A stretch of 64,000 nucleotides of DNA, taken from positions 12,083 through 76,082 of the forward strand of contig DOTG01000026.1 of the NCBI GenBank assembly GCA_003512955.1, written 5' to 3'. A model generated the notes under the pieces. It ran no database searches. It was not told where the DNA came from and saw only the letters and a program-made list of their open reading frames with translations. Position 1 is the stretch's first letter, and the number at the start of each line of letters is the position of its first letter. Shown piece by piece: positions 43,836 to 53,942 of the stretch. The DNA is from Marinilabiliales bacterium. GTDB lineage: Bacteria; Bacteroidota; Bacteroidia; Bacteroidales; SZUA-534. A program made the position numbers and the translations under genes.

Positions 43836-45785
43836 TTAGTAGGTTTTGATCCTTTTCAACTCCTCCCATTCCTGATGGGCTTGTTCCCAAAGGTGCATCT
43901 CTTTCTCCAGTTCTTTTTTCAGGGAGTCGTATTTTTCAAAAACCTTAGGATCGGAAAGGTTCTCCGGACGCGAAAGCATTTGATCCATTAGTTCCAGGTC
44001 TGTTTCCAGTTTCATTATCCGTTCTTCGCTCTCTTCCACGGTTTTTTGAGCTTTACGTATCCGTTTTTCCACCTCTTTCCGTTCCTCGTATTTTATTTTG
44101 CTTTCAGAGAGTTCTTTGGGTTTTTCATCGGCAACAACACGCTTCTGGATATTCAACTGGTTCAGCGTTTCGAGTTTCTTCTTTTCCAAGAATTCTGCAA
44201 TCCCACCCAAATGCTGTTTGGCTTTTTTATTTTTGAATTCATACACCGTTTGTACAACACCATCCAGGAAATCACGATCGTGCGATACCAGGATTACCGT
44301 ACCGTCAAAATTCATAAGTGCCTGCTTTAAAATATCTTTTGAACGCATATCCAGGTGGTTGGTAGGCTCATCAAGAACCAACAGGTTGGCTGGCTCCAGC
44401 AGCAACTTTGCCAACGAAAGCCGTGCCCGTTCGCCACCTGAAAGTACCGATACTTTTTTGTCCACCTCCTCGCCACGAAAGAGAAACGAGGCCAAAATAT
44501 CACGGATTTTTAGCCGCACATCACCTGTAGCAACCAGATCAATAGTTTGAAGAACTGTTTTGTTATCGTCTAACATTTCGCTTTGGTTTTGGGCGTAATA
44601 GCCAATTCTGACATTGTGCCCCAATTTCAAGTAACCTTGAAATTCGTGCTGCCCGATAATGACTCTTGAGAAGGTAGTTTTTCCTTCACCATTTTTACCA
44701 ACAAAAGCTACCTTTTCTCCCTTTTCGAGGGTAAAATCCAGTTTATCTAACACCAAATGGTTCCCAAAACTCTTCGATAGCTCTTTGGTCTCCACTACCA
44801 CTTGTCCTGAATGGGGCGCCGATGGGAACCTAAAATGGATGGAACTGGCATCAAGTTCATCAATCTCAATCCGATCGATTTTATCAAGCATCTTTATCCG
44901 CGACTGAACCTGAACACTTTTAGTGGCTTTGTACCGGAAGCGTTCAATAAACTCCTCAGTTTCCTCAATCTTTTTTTGCTGATTTTCATAAGCTGCCCGT
45001 TGCTGCTCAAGCAGTTCGTGCCTTAACTGTACATATTTTGAATATGAAACTTTATAATCATAAATTTTCCCCAATGAAATCTCCAGAGTCCGGGTGGTCA
45101 AGTTATCGAGGAAAGCCTTATCGTGCGAAACTACCACAACGGCTCCTTCATAAACCTTCAGCATCTCCTCAAACCACTGCACCGACTCAATGTCGAGGTG
45201 GTTGGTAGGCTCATCGAGCAGCAGCACATCGGGTTTGCGGAGCAACACTTTTGCCAGTTCAATACGCATCCGCCAACCACCACTAAATTCACCGGTTGGC
45301 CTTTCGAAATCGGAACGGTTAAAACCCAAACCAATCAACGTATTTTCAATGTTGGCCTGAATGCTCGCTCCACCAAGCAAATTAAACCGTTCCGACTTTT
45401 CTGTCAGTTGATGGATCAAATTCAGGTATTCTTTCGATTCATAATCGGTCCGTTCGGCCAATGCCTCATTCAATCGTTGGATATTGCTTTCAATCGTTAA
45501 TATCTCCGAAAAAGCATTCATCGCTTCATTAAAAACAGTTTGTGTGTCGGAAACGGCCATCTGCTGGGGGAGGTAACCAATGGTTGTATCTTTGGGAACC
45601 GCAATTTGACCTTTGTCAAAAGGCTGAATGCCGTACAGGATTTTCAATAAGGTTGATTTTCCCGCACCATTTTTTCCGGTAAGCCCCACCCGATCGCGCG
45701 GGTTGATTAAAAAACTTACCTCATCGAATAACGGGGTTCCTGAAAACTCAACAGTTAAGCCATTTACTGAAATCATACAAAGCAT
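43836..45785 (-). CDS. ABC-F family ATPase (two ABC domains, no TM domain)
   Basis: Walker A GKNGAGKST and GKNGEGKTT. ABC signatures LSGGWRMR and LSGGERAR. It also has an inter-domain linker and a C-terminal coiled-coil tail. The true start may be the fourth codon (ATG 45776, MISVNGLTVEF). Confidence 0.9.
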   Translation of the reverse strand: MLCMISVNGLTVEFSGTPLFDEVSFLINPRDRVGLTGKNGAGKSTLLKILYGIQPFDKGQIAVPKDTTIGYLPQQMAVSDTQTVFNEAMNAFSEILTIESNIQRLNEALAERTDYESKEYLNLIHQLTEKSERFNLLGGASIQANIENTLIGLGFNRSDFERPTGEFSGGWRMRIELAKVLLRKPDVLLLDEPTNHLDIESVQWFEEMLKVYEGAVVVVSHDKAFLDNLTTRTLEISLGKIYDYKVSYSKYVQLRHELLEQQRAAYENQQKKIEETEEFIERFRYKATKSVQVQSRIKMLDKIDRIEIDELDASSIHFRFPSAPHSGQVVVETKELSKSFGNHLVLDKLDFTLEKGEKVAFVGKNGEGKTTFSRVIIGQHEFQGYLKLGHNVRIGYYAQNQSEMLDDNKTVLQTIDLVATGDVRLKIRDILASFLFRGEEVDKKVSVLSGGERARLSLAKLLLEPANLLVLDEPTNHLDMRSKDILKQALMNFDGTVILVSHDRDFLDGVVQTVYEFKNKKAKQHLGGIAEFLEKKKLETLNQLNIQKRVVADEKPKELSESKIKYEERKEVEKRIRKAQKTVEESEERIMKLETDLELMDQMLSRPENLSDPKVFEKYDSLKKELEKEMHLWEQAHQEWEELKRIKTY

Positions 45786-45798
45786 TTTTTATCTGGCG

Positions 45799-45806
45799 CA
45801 AAAGTA
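45799..45806 (-). promoter_or_regulatory. candidate -7 box for the ABC-F gene
   Basis: Reverse strand TACTTTTG, 13 nt upstream of ATG 45785 and 22 nt upstream of ATG 45776. Confidence 0.4.
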
Positions 45807-45919
45807 ACAACAAATTGATGGCTTTGAAAATTTGTTTATGTTGGAATCTTCCTCAAAAAAAAAAACAAATATGTTAGAATTTGAGAACCTTAATATGCAA
45901 CAATTCCAGATGGTTCCAT

Positions 45920-45927
45920 TAATTTTG
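45920..45927 (+). promoter_or_regulatory. candidate -7 box for the patatin-like gene
   Basis: TAATTTTG, 21 nt upstream of ATG 45949. Confidence 0.45.
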
Positions 45928-45948
45928 GGATTTACTACAATTCCCTTT

Positions 45949-48276
45949 ATGAAGCTACTTTGGAAACCGATAGTTTTAAGCATTATTTTTTTAACAGCCT
46001 CTTTACCAAAAATGATATTCCCGCAAACGGTAGGGTTAACATTAAGTGGAGGAGGTGCTAAAGGGTTGGCTCATATTGGGCTCATCAAAGCTTTAGAAGA
46101 AAACAACATCCCTATTGATTATATTGCAGGAACCTCTATGGGAGCCATTGTTGGCGGTTTGTATGCCATTGGTTATACTACAGATGAAATGGAGGCGCTG
46201 CTCAATTCCGATGAGTTCCGCCGCTGGTCGCAAGGTATTATTGATACCGACGAGGAATATTATTATAAATTAAAAAAGGAATCGTCTGACTGGATTGAGT
46301 TTCCCTTTTCGAACGTTAATGGCGAAATAAAAGCATTGTTACCCACCAACCTCATTTCGCCAGAACAAATGGATTTACGGTTTATGCAATTTTTAGAACC
46401 TGCCATTGCCGGAGCCGAATATGATTTCAACAAATTGATGGTCCCTTTTTTTTGCATAGCTACCGATGTGCACCGAAACAAACCGGTGACTCTAACACAA
46501 GGAAATTTATCATCGGCTGTGAGGGCTTCAATGACTTTTCCAGGCTATTATAAACCCATCACCATCGACAGTGTGTTGCTATTTGACGGAGGAATGGAAA
46601 ACAATTTTCCAACAAATTTGATGCAGGAACGGTTTAAACCCGATGTGCTCATTGGATGTAAAGTGGCATCGAACCCTAAAAAACCGGACGAAGACAATAT
46701 ATTTTTGCAACTGGAGAATGTATTTATGAAAAACACCAATTACCAGATGCCTAAAAATGGGATATTAGTGGAGCCAAGCGTAGATGAATTCGGGCTTTTT
46801 GATTTTAATCAATTCGATAGTCTTTTCAACCGGGGGTATCAGGCTGCCCAGCTTAAAATGGATTCAATCAAGCTGTTGATACACCGCAGGGTTCCGACAG
46901 AAGAATTAAACCTGAAACGTGAGAATTTTAGAAAACAGATAAAACCATTCGTTATTGACAACATTTATATTACTGGTGTTGATAACCAGACGGTGGATTA
47001 CATTTTAAAAAACATCAAACGGAACCGGCAATTATTAACTTTTGAGGAATTTGAGAAAGAGTATTTTAAAATCTTATCCGACAAGCTGGTCCGTTCAGTC
47101 TATCCAAGGGCTCAATTCAATCCCAACACGGGTTATTTTGATATGTACCTGAAAATAAAAACTAAGAACGAGTTTTCTGTTTCTGTAGGCGGAAACATTT
47201 CATCGAACCTCAGGAATACCGGCTTTGTGGATTTGGATTATTACTTTCAAAAAAAGAACATCTACAACCTTTATTCAAACATGTTTATTGGGAAGTTCTA
47301 CAACTCCATTACCGGGAAGTTCCGTATGGATTTTCCACCCCGCACCATTAAACGGGATCGGGTTATCTCTCCTTTTTATATTGATCTTTCAGCCACAACT
47401 AACTACTGGAATTATTTCAAACTCTCCTCGGAATGGTTTGTCGATAGTGAATCACCCACACAGATTTCCCAAAAAGAGGTCCACTTTCAATCCAATTTTG
47501 GGAGGCCTGTAAATACCCGTGGAATTTTTTACATGGGATTCTCGTATGGCGAATTGTACGATGAATATTTCCAAACCAATCTGGTTGCCAAAGATGACGT
47601 GGCCGATGTGACCACCTTTGATTATTCAAGCATTCATGCCACTTATGAATTCAGTACCTTGAATTACAAGGAATATCCAAATCAGGGACGGTTTCTGAAA
47701 TTGCAAACCCGCTATGTGACCGGTCAGGAAAAATATCGGCCCGGCACCACTCCAGAATTGGAATACCAAAACAAAAGTGAATCGGGACATTCCTGGTATT
47801 CGATGCTGGCCGATTATCAAAGCTATTTTAAAGCCAATCCGAGATTCACGTTGGGAATCCGGGCTACTGTTTTATATTCAAATAAAAGCGCGTTCAGTAA
47901 TTCCATGTCCACGCTGCTGAGTGCTTTTAGTTTCACCCCTTTTCCACAAAGCAAAGTAATGTTACTTGAAAATTATCGCTCCCACGGATATGGGGCATTT
48001 GGATTGATTCCCATTTTTACGTTTACCAAGGCGATTGATCTGAGGATTGAAGCCTATCTGTACCAACCCTACCAGTATATTTATCACCACGATTTTTACA
48101 CTACCTATTCCGGTAAATTTCCAAATCCCATTATTATGGCCTCGGCTGCTTTGGTATTTCATTCCCCGTTGGGTCCATTGGCAGCCACAGCAAGCTATTT
48201 TACCAACGAAGAAACACCCTATTATTTTCAGGTAAGCTTCGGCTATTTGTTGTTTAATAAGCGGGGGATTGATTAG
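45949..48276 (+). CDS. patatin-like phospholipase fused to a C-terminal Omp85/beta-barrel-like domain (PlpD-like architecture)
   Basis: Signal peptide from ATG 45949 (MKLLWKPIVLSIIFLTASL). Patatin motifs SGGGAKG, GTSMGA (GxSxG) and FDGG (Asp). The C-terminal half is rich in alternating aromatic beta-strand patterns. A TAATTTTG -7 box at 45920-45927 supports this start over 45832. Confidence 0.8.
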   Translation: MKLLWKPIVLSIIFLTASLPKMIFPQTVGLTLSGGGAKGLAHIGLIKALEENNIPIDYIAGTSMGAIVGGLYAIGYTTDEMEALLNSDEFRRWSQGIIDTDEEYYYKLKKESSDWIEFPFSNVNGEIKALLPTNLISPEQMDLRFMQFLEPAIAGAEYDFNKLMVPFFCIATDVHRNKPVTLTQGNLSSAVRASMTFPGYYKPITIDSVLLFDGGMENNFPTNLMQERFKPDVLIGCKVASNPKKPDEDNIFLQLENVFMKNTNYQMPKNGILVEPSVDEFGLFDFNQFDSLFNRGYQAAQLKMDSIKLLIHRRVPTEELNLKRENFRKQIKPFVIDNIYITGVDNQTVDYILKNIKRNRQLLTFEEFEKEYFKILSDKLVRSVYPRAQFNPNTGYFDMYLKIKTKNEFSVSVGGNISSNLRNTGFVDLDYYFQKKNIYNLYSNMFIGKFYNSITGKFRMDFPPRTIKRDRVISPFYIDLSATTNYWNYFKLSSEWFVDSESPTQISQKEVHFQSNFGRPVNTRGIFYMGFSYGELYDEYFQTNLVAKDDVADVTTFDYSSIHATYEFSTLNYKEYPNQGRFLKLQTRYVTGQEKYRPGTTPELEYQNKSESGHSWYSMLADYQSYFKANPRFTLGIRATVLYSNKSAFSNSMSTLLSAFSFTPFPQSKVMLLENYRSHGYGAFGLIPIFTFTKAIDLRIEAYLYQPYQYIYHHDFYTTYSGKFPNPIIMASAALVFHSPLGPLAATASYFTNEETPYYFQVSFGYLLFNKRGID

Positions 48277-48292
48277 TTCATACAGCAGCAGT

Positions 48293-49723
48293 TTAAGTAA
48301 TCAACTGCGTGCGGTTCGAATCTAACTTGATAAAGATAAAAAGTAAGAATGTAAATCCCCACAATGAAGAACCTCCATAACTAAAGAAAGGCAGAGGGAT
48401 TCCGATTACCGGAGCTAGGCCAATAGTCATCCCCACATTGATGGCTACATGAAAGAACAGGATACTTGCCACACTGTAACCATAAATCCTGCTGAATTTT
48501 GACTTTTGCCGCTCCGCCAGGAACAATAACCTCATTAATAACGCCAAAAACAGAAGCAACACAAATGTAGTCCCAACGAATCCCCACTCTTCACCCACAG
48601 TGCAAAAAATAAAGTCGGTACTTTGTTCGGGCACAAACTTAAATTTGGTTTGGGTCCCTTGCAGGTACCCTTTTCCGATAGGCCCTCCCGAGCCAATGGC
48701 TATCATACTTTGATTCACGTTGTATCCGGCTCCAAATGGGTCAGACTCAATTCCTAACAGCACTTTAATACGGCGTTGTTGATAATCATCGAGCACATTA
48801 TCAAAAAAGTAGTTGACCGAAAAGGCAAACAGGATGGATGAAAAAAGGACTAATAGAATAAAAAATCCGGTTTTCAACTTATGCTTATACATTTGTATTA
48901 AAAACAAAACCGAAGAAATTAAAAGTCCGGCTAAAACAAGCAATGTTTTTGAAGTCTCAGGGCGGAAATAAGAAATACCAAACCAAGTAATTAAAGTCCC
49001 AATCAAAAGTATTGCTGCTGCAATCAGTGTTTCATGCTGCTTTCGGTAAAAAACAAAAAATGCCAAAAGTGCTAAAATCTCCAGTACAATGATAATAATA
49101 TAGGTTTCGAAAAGTAGCGAAACCACAAACAGTACCATCGCCAGGATGCCGAATAATAGATAGACCGAGGGCATCCCTTCGCGGAAATAAACCAGGAAAA
49201 ACACAAAAAAGACAAGTGCGGAACCGGTATCGTTCTGTAAAAGAATAAAACCTGCCGGTGCAACAATTAGCAGTCCAAACATCAACAGGGTTTTAAACTT
49301 TTCTGGCTTTAAATTATAGAAGCTTAAGAATTTTGACAAGGCCAAAGCAGTGGCAAACTTGGCAAACTCGGCAGGTTGAATCCGCACCGGACCAATAACA
49401 AACCATGACTTTGCCCCATTTATCCTGGTTCCAAAAATCAAAACAGCCAAAAGCAGCATAATAGCTAAGGCGTAAATGAGGTAAGCAAACGATGAGTAAA
49501 ACTTACTATCAACCGCTAATGCAATGACAATGATGACAAAACAAGCTCCTATCCAAAGTAGTTGCCGTCCATAGCGAGTAGTAAAAAAGGATTCCTGCAA
49601 CTGGTCTTCGCTAAAAACCGATGAATAGATATTTAACCAGCCTAGTGTTACCAGCAGAAAATATAACCCGATGGTTACCCAATCCAGGTTATTCCATATG
49701 TTTGATTTAATGTTTTGCATCAA
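48293..49723 (-). CDS. rodA: peptidoglycan glycosyltransferase RodA (SEDS family), long form
   Basis: SEDS motifs PAEFAKF, TDFIFCTVGEEWGF and PLPFFSYGGSS. 476 aa, with extra hydrophobic helices compared with roughly 370-aa RodA proteins. It overlaps mrdA by 17 nt. Confidence 0.85.
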   Translation of the reverse strand: MMQNIKSNIWNNLDWVTIGLYFLLVTLGWLNIYSSVFSEDQLQESFFTTRYGRQLLWIGACFVIIVIALAVDSKFYSSFAYLIYALAIMLLLAVLIFGTRINGAKSWFVIGPVRIQPAEFAKFATALALSKFLSFYNLKPEKFKTLLMFGLLIVAPAGFILLQNDTGSALVFFVFFLVYFREGMPSVYLLFGILAMVLFVVSLLFETYIIIIVLEILALLAFFVFYRKQHETLIAAAILLIGTLITWFGISYFRPETSKTLLVLAGLLISSVLFLIQMYKHKLKTGFFILLVLFSSILFAFSVNYFFDNVLDDYQQRRIKVLLGIESDPFGAGYNVNQSMIAIGSGGPIGKGYLQGTQTKFKFVPEQSTDFIFCTVGEEWGFVGTTFVLLLFLALLMRLLFLAERQKSKFSRIYGYSVASILFFHVAINVGMTIGLAPVIGIPLPFFSYGGSSLWGFTFLLFIFIKLDSNRTQLIT

Positions 49724-51533
49724 TCAAATTTTTTTCTAATATATGTTGTTCCAGATACGGACGCGTAATAGTGTCGGTAATGTACTTTTCAATCATCAGG
49801 CTGGCAATAGGTGCAGCCCAGGTAGCTCCAAACCCGGCATTTTCCACATACACCGCCATGGCAATTTTAGGGTTCTCTTTGGGCGCAAAGGCAATAAAAA
49901 TGGAGTGATCTTCACCATGTGGATTCTCAGCGGTTCCGGTTTTACCGCAAATCTGGATTCCATTCATCTGTGCAATCCGGGCAGTCCCGCCATCGGTACC
50001 GTTAACAGCAAGAAACATCCCTTCAATGACTTCTTTAAAATAAACAGAATCAATGGCCGTTTTATGCTTCTCTAAAAAAGCGCTTTTTAATGAATTAAAT
50101 TCTTCAGGTAATTCCTTGATCACATGCGGTGTGAAAAAATAACCTTTATTACAGATGGTAGCAGTCATGTTGGCCATCTGGATAGGGGTCATCAGCAATT
50201 CACCCTGCCCGATAGCCAATGAAACGATGTTTAACGATTTTAATTTTGTCCCATGAATCCGCTTATAATAGTTTAAGGTAGGAATATACCCGTTCACCTC
50301 GTGTGGCAAGTCGATGCCCAGCTTTTGTCCAAATCCAAATGAAACCACATAATTCCGCCAGGTTTCGTAGGCATTCTCTACCGAACCAAATTTTGGATGA
50401 TCGAGCAAATCTCGGAATTCATGGGCATAATAGGCATTACAGGAATGTTGGATGGACTGTTTAACATTTAAAGGACTATAATGATTGTGACATCCCATAA
50501 AAAAATTCCCCGCCCGGTAACCGCCAACACATGAGTATGTTCTGCTTGGCCACAATATTTTTTCCTGAAGACCAATTAAGGCATTGATGGTTTTAAAGGT
50601 TGAACCCGGGGGGTAACGTGCCATAAGCGGCCTGTCGAACAATGGCAACAAACTGTCGTTTTTCAGTATCTGGTAATTTTCGGTACGGTTCCTCCCCACA
50701 AGTAAATCAGGATCAAAAGAAGGGGAACTAATAAAAGCCAGCACTTCACCTGTGGATGGTTCAATGGCCACGATACTTCCACGCTTATTTCTCATTAAAT
50801 CCTCGCCATAGGCTTGCAATGTGGCATCAATGGTAATTTTCAGATTACCACCATGAACGGCAGCAGTATCGTATCGCCCATTCTTATAACTTCCTTTAAT
50901 CCGGTTATGGACATCCACCATGAAGATCTCAACCCCTTTTTTTCCGCGCAATACCTCCTCGTATGATTTCTCAACACCGCTAATGCCGATATAATCACCC
51001 GGATTGTAATACGGATCGGCCTTGGTAATTTCATCATTTACCTCACCGATGTATCCTAACACATGGGCTCCAATTTTTTGAGGGTATTTCCGCAAGGTAC
51101 GGGTTTGGACAAAGAAACCTTTGTAGGTATAAAGCTTTTCCTGAAAAGGGGCAAAAGCCCTAGCCGATATCTGTTTCTCAAAAACAGATGGTTTGTAATA
51201 AGAGTATGTTTTAGCTGCTTTTAAACGGGCTAAAACTTGCTCCTTAGTCAAATCTAACATTTTACAAAACTCAGCCGTATCAAATGCTTCCACCTGTTTG
51301 GGGATCACCATCAGATCGTACGAAGCCTCATTATAAACCAACAGTTTTCCATTCCGATCATAAACCAAACCACGTGCCGGGTATTGAGTAATGTAGCGTA
51401 AAACATTGTTCGAGGCTGACAGCTTGTAAGAGGGATCGATTACTTGGAGAATAAACAGGCGGCTGATAAATATCAAAATAATTAGAGCAAAGATACCTCC
51501 AACAATATATTTCCGGTTGATAAACGGGTTCAT
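49707..51533 (-). CDS. mrdA: penicillin-binding protein 2 (elongasome transpeptidase)
   Basis: SxxK in GSTFKT, SxN in HSCNAYY, KTG in GKTGTA. N-terminal TM anchor. Confidence 0.9.
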   Translation of the reverse strand: MNPFINRKYIVGGIFALIILIFISRLFILQVIDPSYKLSASNNVLRYITQYPARGLVYDRNGKLLVYNEASYDLMVIPKQVEAFDTAEFCKMLDLTKEQVLARLKAAKTYSYYKPSVFEKQISARAFAPFQEKLYTYKGFFVQTRTLRKYPQKIGAHVLGYIGEVNDEITKADPYYNPGDYIGISGVEKSYEEVLRGKKGVEIFMVDVHNRIKGSYKNGRYDTAAVHGGNLKITIDATLQAYGEDLMRNKRGSIVAIEPSTGEVLAFISSPSFDPDLLVGRNRTENYQILKNDSLLPLFDRPLMARYPPGSTFKTINALIGLQEKILWPSRTYSCVGGYRAGNFFMGCHNHYSPLNVKQSIQHSCNAYYAHEFRDLLDHPKFGSVENAYETWRNYVVSFGFGQKLGIDLPHEVNGYIPTLNYYKRIHGTKLKSLNIVSLAIGQGELLMTPIQMANMTATICNKGYFFTPHVIKELPEEFNSLKSAFLEKHKTAIDSVYFKEVIEGMFLAVNGTDGGTARIAQMNGIQICGKTGTAENPHGEDHSIFIAFAPKENPKIAMAVYVENAGFGATWAAPIASLMIEKYITDTITRPYLEQHILEKNLIDAKH

Positions 51534-52040
51534 CTATTTACGGTAAATAACGTATTGGCTCAAAATAACCAGCAAAGAGGTAAACAGGGTACTCAAAACA
51601 GTCCGCCAAAGCACCAGATGAAAACTGTGGAAATTGAACATTTCAACAGTAAATAAAAACAAATGGTGGCTGAAAACAAGAACCAGTGTATATTTTAAAA
51701 ACCAAAAAAAGCCAAAATAGTGAATCCGGGGCGATGTACCCGAGTCGTAATTATCGCGGTTCGTGATGGCTTGTAAAACCAATGGACGTAAAAACCCCAT
51801 AAAAACGGTGGCAGAAGCATGCATTCCTATGGTATCGGCAAACATATCTATAATTAATCCTAATATAAATGATACTACCAAAACCAACCAATTGGGTGTA
51901 TTGATGGGCAATAAAAGGATGAAAAGCACATACATGTAAGGATTCAGATAACTACCCAACTGTATATTGTTTAAAACTCCAACCTGTAAAAGCACCAAAA
52001 GGATAAAAAGGAAGATATTTTGCTGTAAAGTCTTAATCAT
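51534..52040 (-). CDS. mreD: rod shape-determining protein MreD
   Basis: 168-aa polytopic membrane protein between mreC and mrdA. The call rests on position and hydrophobicity. Confidence 0.7.
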   Translation of the reverse strand: MIKTLQQNIFLFILLVLLQVGVLNNIQLGSYLNPYMYVLFILLLPINTPNWLVLVVSFILGLIIDMFADTIGMHASATVFMGFLRPLVLQAITNRDNYDSGTSPRIHYFGFFWFLKYTLVLVFSHHLFLFTVEMFNFHSFHLVLWRTVLSTLFTSLLVILSQYVIYRK

Positions 52041-52860
52041 GAACCGATTCCTCCAACATTAATTGTTCGCTTTGAAACAGGTTTTTCACTACCATAACAT
52101 TCTTCACTTTTTTAAAATCAACGGCCAGTTTCACTCTAACCTGAATAAACTCACCTCCTTGGCTTTGATCAACGGTATCAACAACGCCAACAAGTTCACC
52201 TTTGGGAAACATCGCTGAATAACCACTGGTTATCACTGTATCGCCACGGTGAATGGTTATATGGTTAGGTAAGTCGGAAAAAGTGATATATCGGTAGTTC
52301 GTGCCATCCCAGTTGATGGAGCCAAAATAACCTGACTCTTTTAACATAGCACTAATCCGTAGGTTCTGATTCAACAAGCTAATCACGGAAGCAAAATTTG
52401 CTGAAACATCTTTCACAACCCCAACCACCCCATTTGGAGCAACAACGGCCATGCCTTTATCTACCCCCTGTTTTTTTCCGATATTCAGTGTCAAATAGTT
52501 GTTTTGCTTTTGAACCGAGTTGTTAATGATGTTGGCCGGAATAAACTGGTATTGCTGAACATACACCGAGTCCATCACATCTGCCACACCAATGGCGTTT
52601 TGCTTGAATGCATTAAATGAATGGTTTTTACTTACGGCAAGGGCATTCAACAATTCCTGATTCTTCTCTTTTAGCGACAAGTAATTATTTACTGTTGAGA
52701 ATTTCTTGTAAACCCCTCCTGCCAAACGATTCGAGGAATTTAAAAAAGCAGCTCTTTGGTAATCGTTATACTGAATAACAAGAGCAATTGATAAAAATTC
52801 AATAAGAATAAATAGAATAATAAAATGATAGGTATGAATAAAGTGCAATAAACTACGCAT
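52033..52860 (-). CDS. mreC: rod shape-determining protein MreC
   Basis: N-terminal TM helix, a coiled coil, then beta-rich domains (GMAVVAPNGVVGVVKDV, GDTVITSGYSAMFPKGELVGVV). Confidence 0.8.
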   Translation of the reverse strand: MRSLLHFIHTYHFIILFILIEFLSIALVIQYNDYQRAAFLNSSNRLAGGVYKKFSTVNNYLSLKEKNQELLNALAVSKNHSFNAFKQNAIGVADVMDSVYVQQYQFIPANIINNSVQKQNNYLTLNIGKKQGVDKGMAVVAPNGVVGVVKDVSANFASVISLLNQNLRISAMLKESGYFGSINWDGTNYRYITFSDLPNHITIHRGDTVITSGYSAMFPKGELVGVVDTVDQSQGGEFIQVRVKLAVDFKKVKNVMVVKNLFQSEQLMLEESVHD

Positions 52861-52892
52861 GTACCTGGATTATTCTTATGAATTTCGGACTA

Positions 52893-53918
52893 TTACTTAA
52901 TCAGGAACGAGAACCGATGGGAATTTTTCAAAGCAATTCCTGTTCCACGGGCAACCGCGTGCAAAGGATCTTCGGCTACATGGAATGGTATCTTTGTTTT
53001 CTCGGTCAAACGGCGATCCAAACCCCGCAACAATGCCCCACCACCGGCTAAGAAAATTCCCTTACGGTAAATATCGGCATAAAGTTCGGGTGGTGTATGT
53101 TCCAAAGTTGCTAAAATAGCAGCTTCTATTTTGCTTAACGAACGATCTAAACAATGTGCTATCTCTTGGTACGAAACCGGTATCTCAATTGGAAGGGCTG
53201 TCATTTGGTGCGGCCCGCGTACAATATAGTCTGCGGGCGGTTCATCCAGTTCGGGAATTGCGGAACCTACATTGATTTTGATATCCTCGGCAGTCCGTTC
53301 TCCAATTTTGATATTATGCTGGTGCCTCATGTATTCGCGGATATCGGCTGTTAAATCATCGCCGGCAATACGGATGCTCTGGTTTGAAACAATCCCACCC
53401 AGCGAAATTACAGCAATTTCAGTTGTGCCTCCACCAATATCCACCACCATGTGCCCTTCAGGAGCTTCCACATCCACTCCCATCCCAATAGCAGCAGCCA
53501 TAGGTTCATAAATCATCAATACCTCGCGGCCGCCGGCATGCTCCGATGAGTCGCGTACCGCGCGTATCTCTACTTCGGTGGAACCTGAAGGAATACAAAT
53601 AACAATTTTTAGGGCCGGACTGAATAATTGGGTTTTGTTGTTATTTATCATTTTTATCATTCCACGGATCATCTTCTCCGCGGCATCAAAGTCGGCGATA
53701 ACCCCATCGCGCAACGGGCGGACGGTCTTGATGTGATCATGAGTTTTCCCGTGCATCTGCCGGGCCTTTTCACCTATGGCAATCAATTTACCTGTAGCGG
53801 TATCAATGGCTACTATCGAAGGCTCATCGACCACAATCTTATCATTATGGATGATGATGGTATTTGCAGTTCCTAAGTCAATTGCAATTTCCTGTGTTAA
53901 AAATGAAAATAATCCCAT
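52893..53918 (-). CDS. mreB: rod shape-determining actin homologue MreB
   Basis: IAIDLGTANT, VVDIGGGTTE and LAGGGALLRGLD. Confidence 0.95.
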   Translation of the reverse strand: MGLFSFLTQEIAIDLGTANTIIIHNDKIVVDEPSIVAIDTATGKLIAIGEKARQMHGKTHDHIKTVRPLRDGVIADFDAAEKMIRGMIKMINNNKTQLFSPALKIVICIPSGSTEVEIRAVRDSSEHAGGREVLMIYEPMAAAIGMGVDVEAPEGHMVVDIGGGTTEIAVISLGGIVSNQSIRIAGDDLTADIREYMRHQHNIKIGERTAEDIKINVGSAIPELDEPPADYIVRGPHQMTALPIEIPVSYQEIAHCLDRSLSKIEAAILATLEHTPPELYADIYRKGIFLAGGGALLRGLDRRLTEKTKIPFHVAEDPLHAVARGTGIALKNSHRFSFLIK

Positions 53919-53942
53919 TTGTTGTATCGATGTTTATGTATG

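Noticed and set aside
44098-45500. Plus-strand ORFs (150, 125, 94, 82 aa) antisense to the ABC-F gene
   Set aside because: The Ser/Arg/Phe-rich translations are typical of the reverse frame of an ABC ATPase gene. The ABC-F frame has double Walker A and signature motifs.
48309-48320. GGTTCGAATC, a tRNA T-loop-like string
   Set aside because: The flanking sequence cannot form a T-stem or acceptor stem. It lies within the rodA coding frame (..SNRTQLIT), so it is a chance match. I found no tRNA or rRNA genes in the window.
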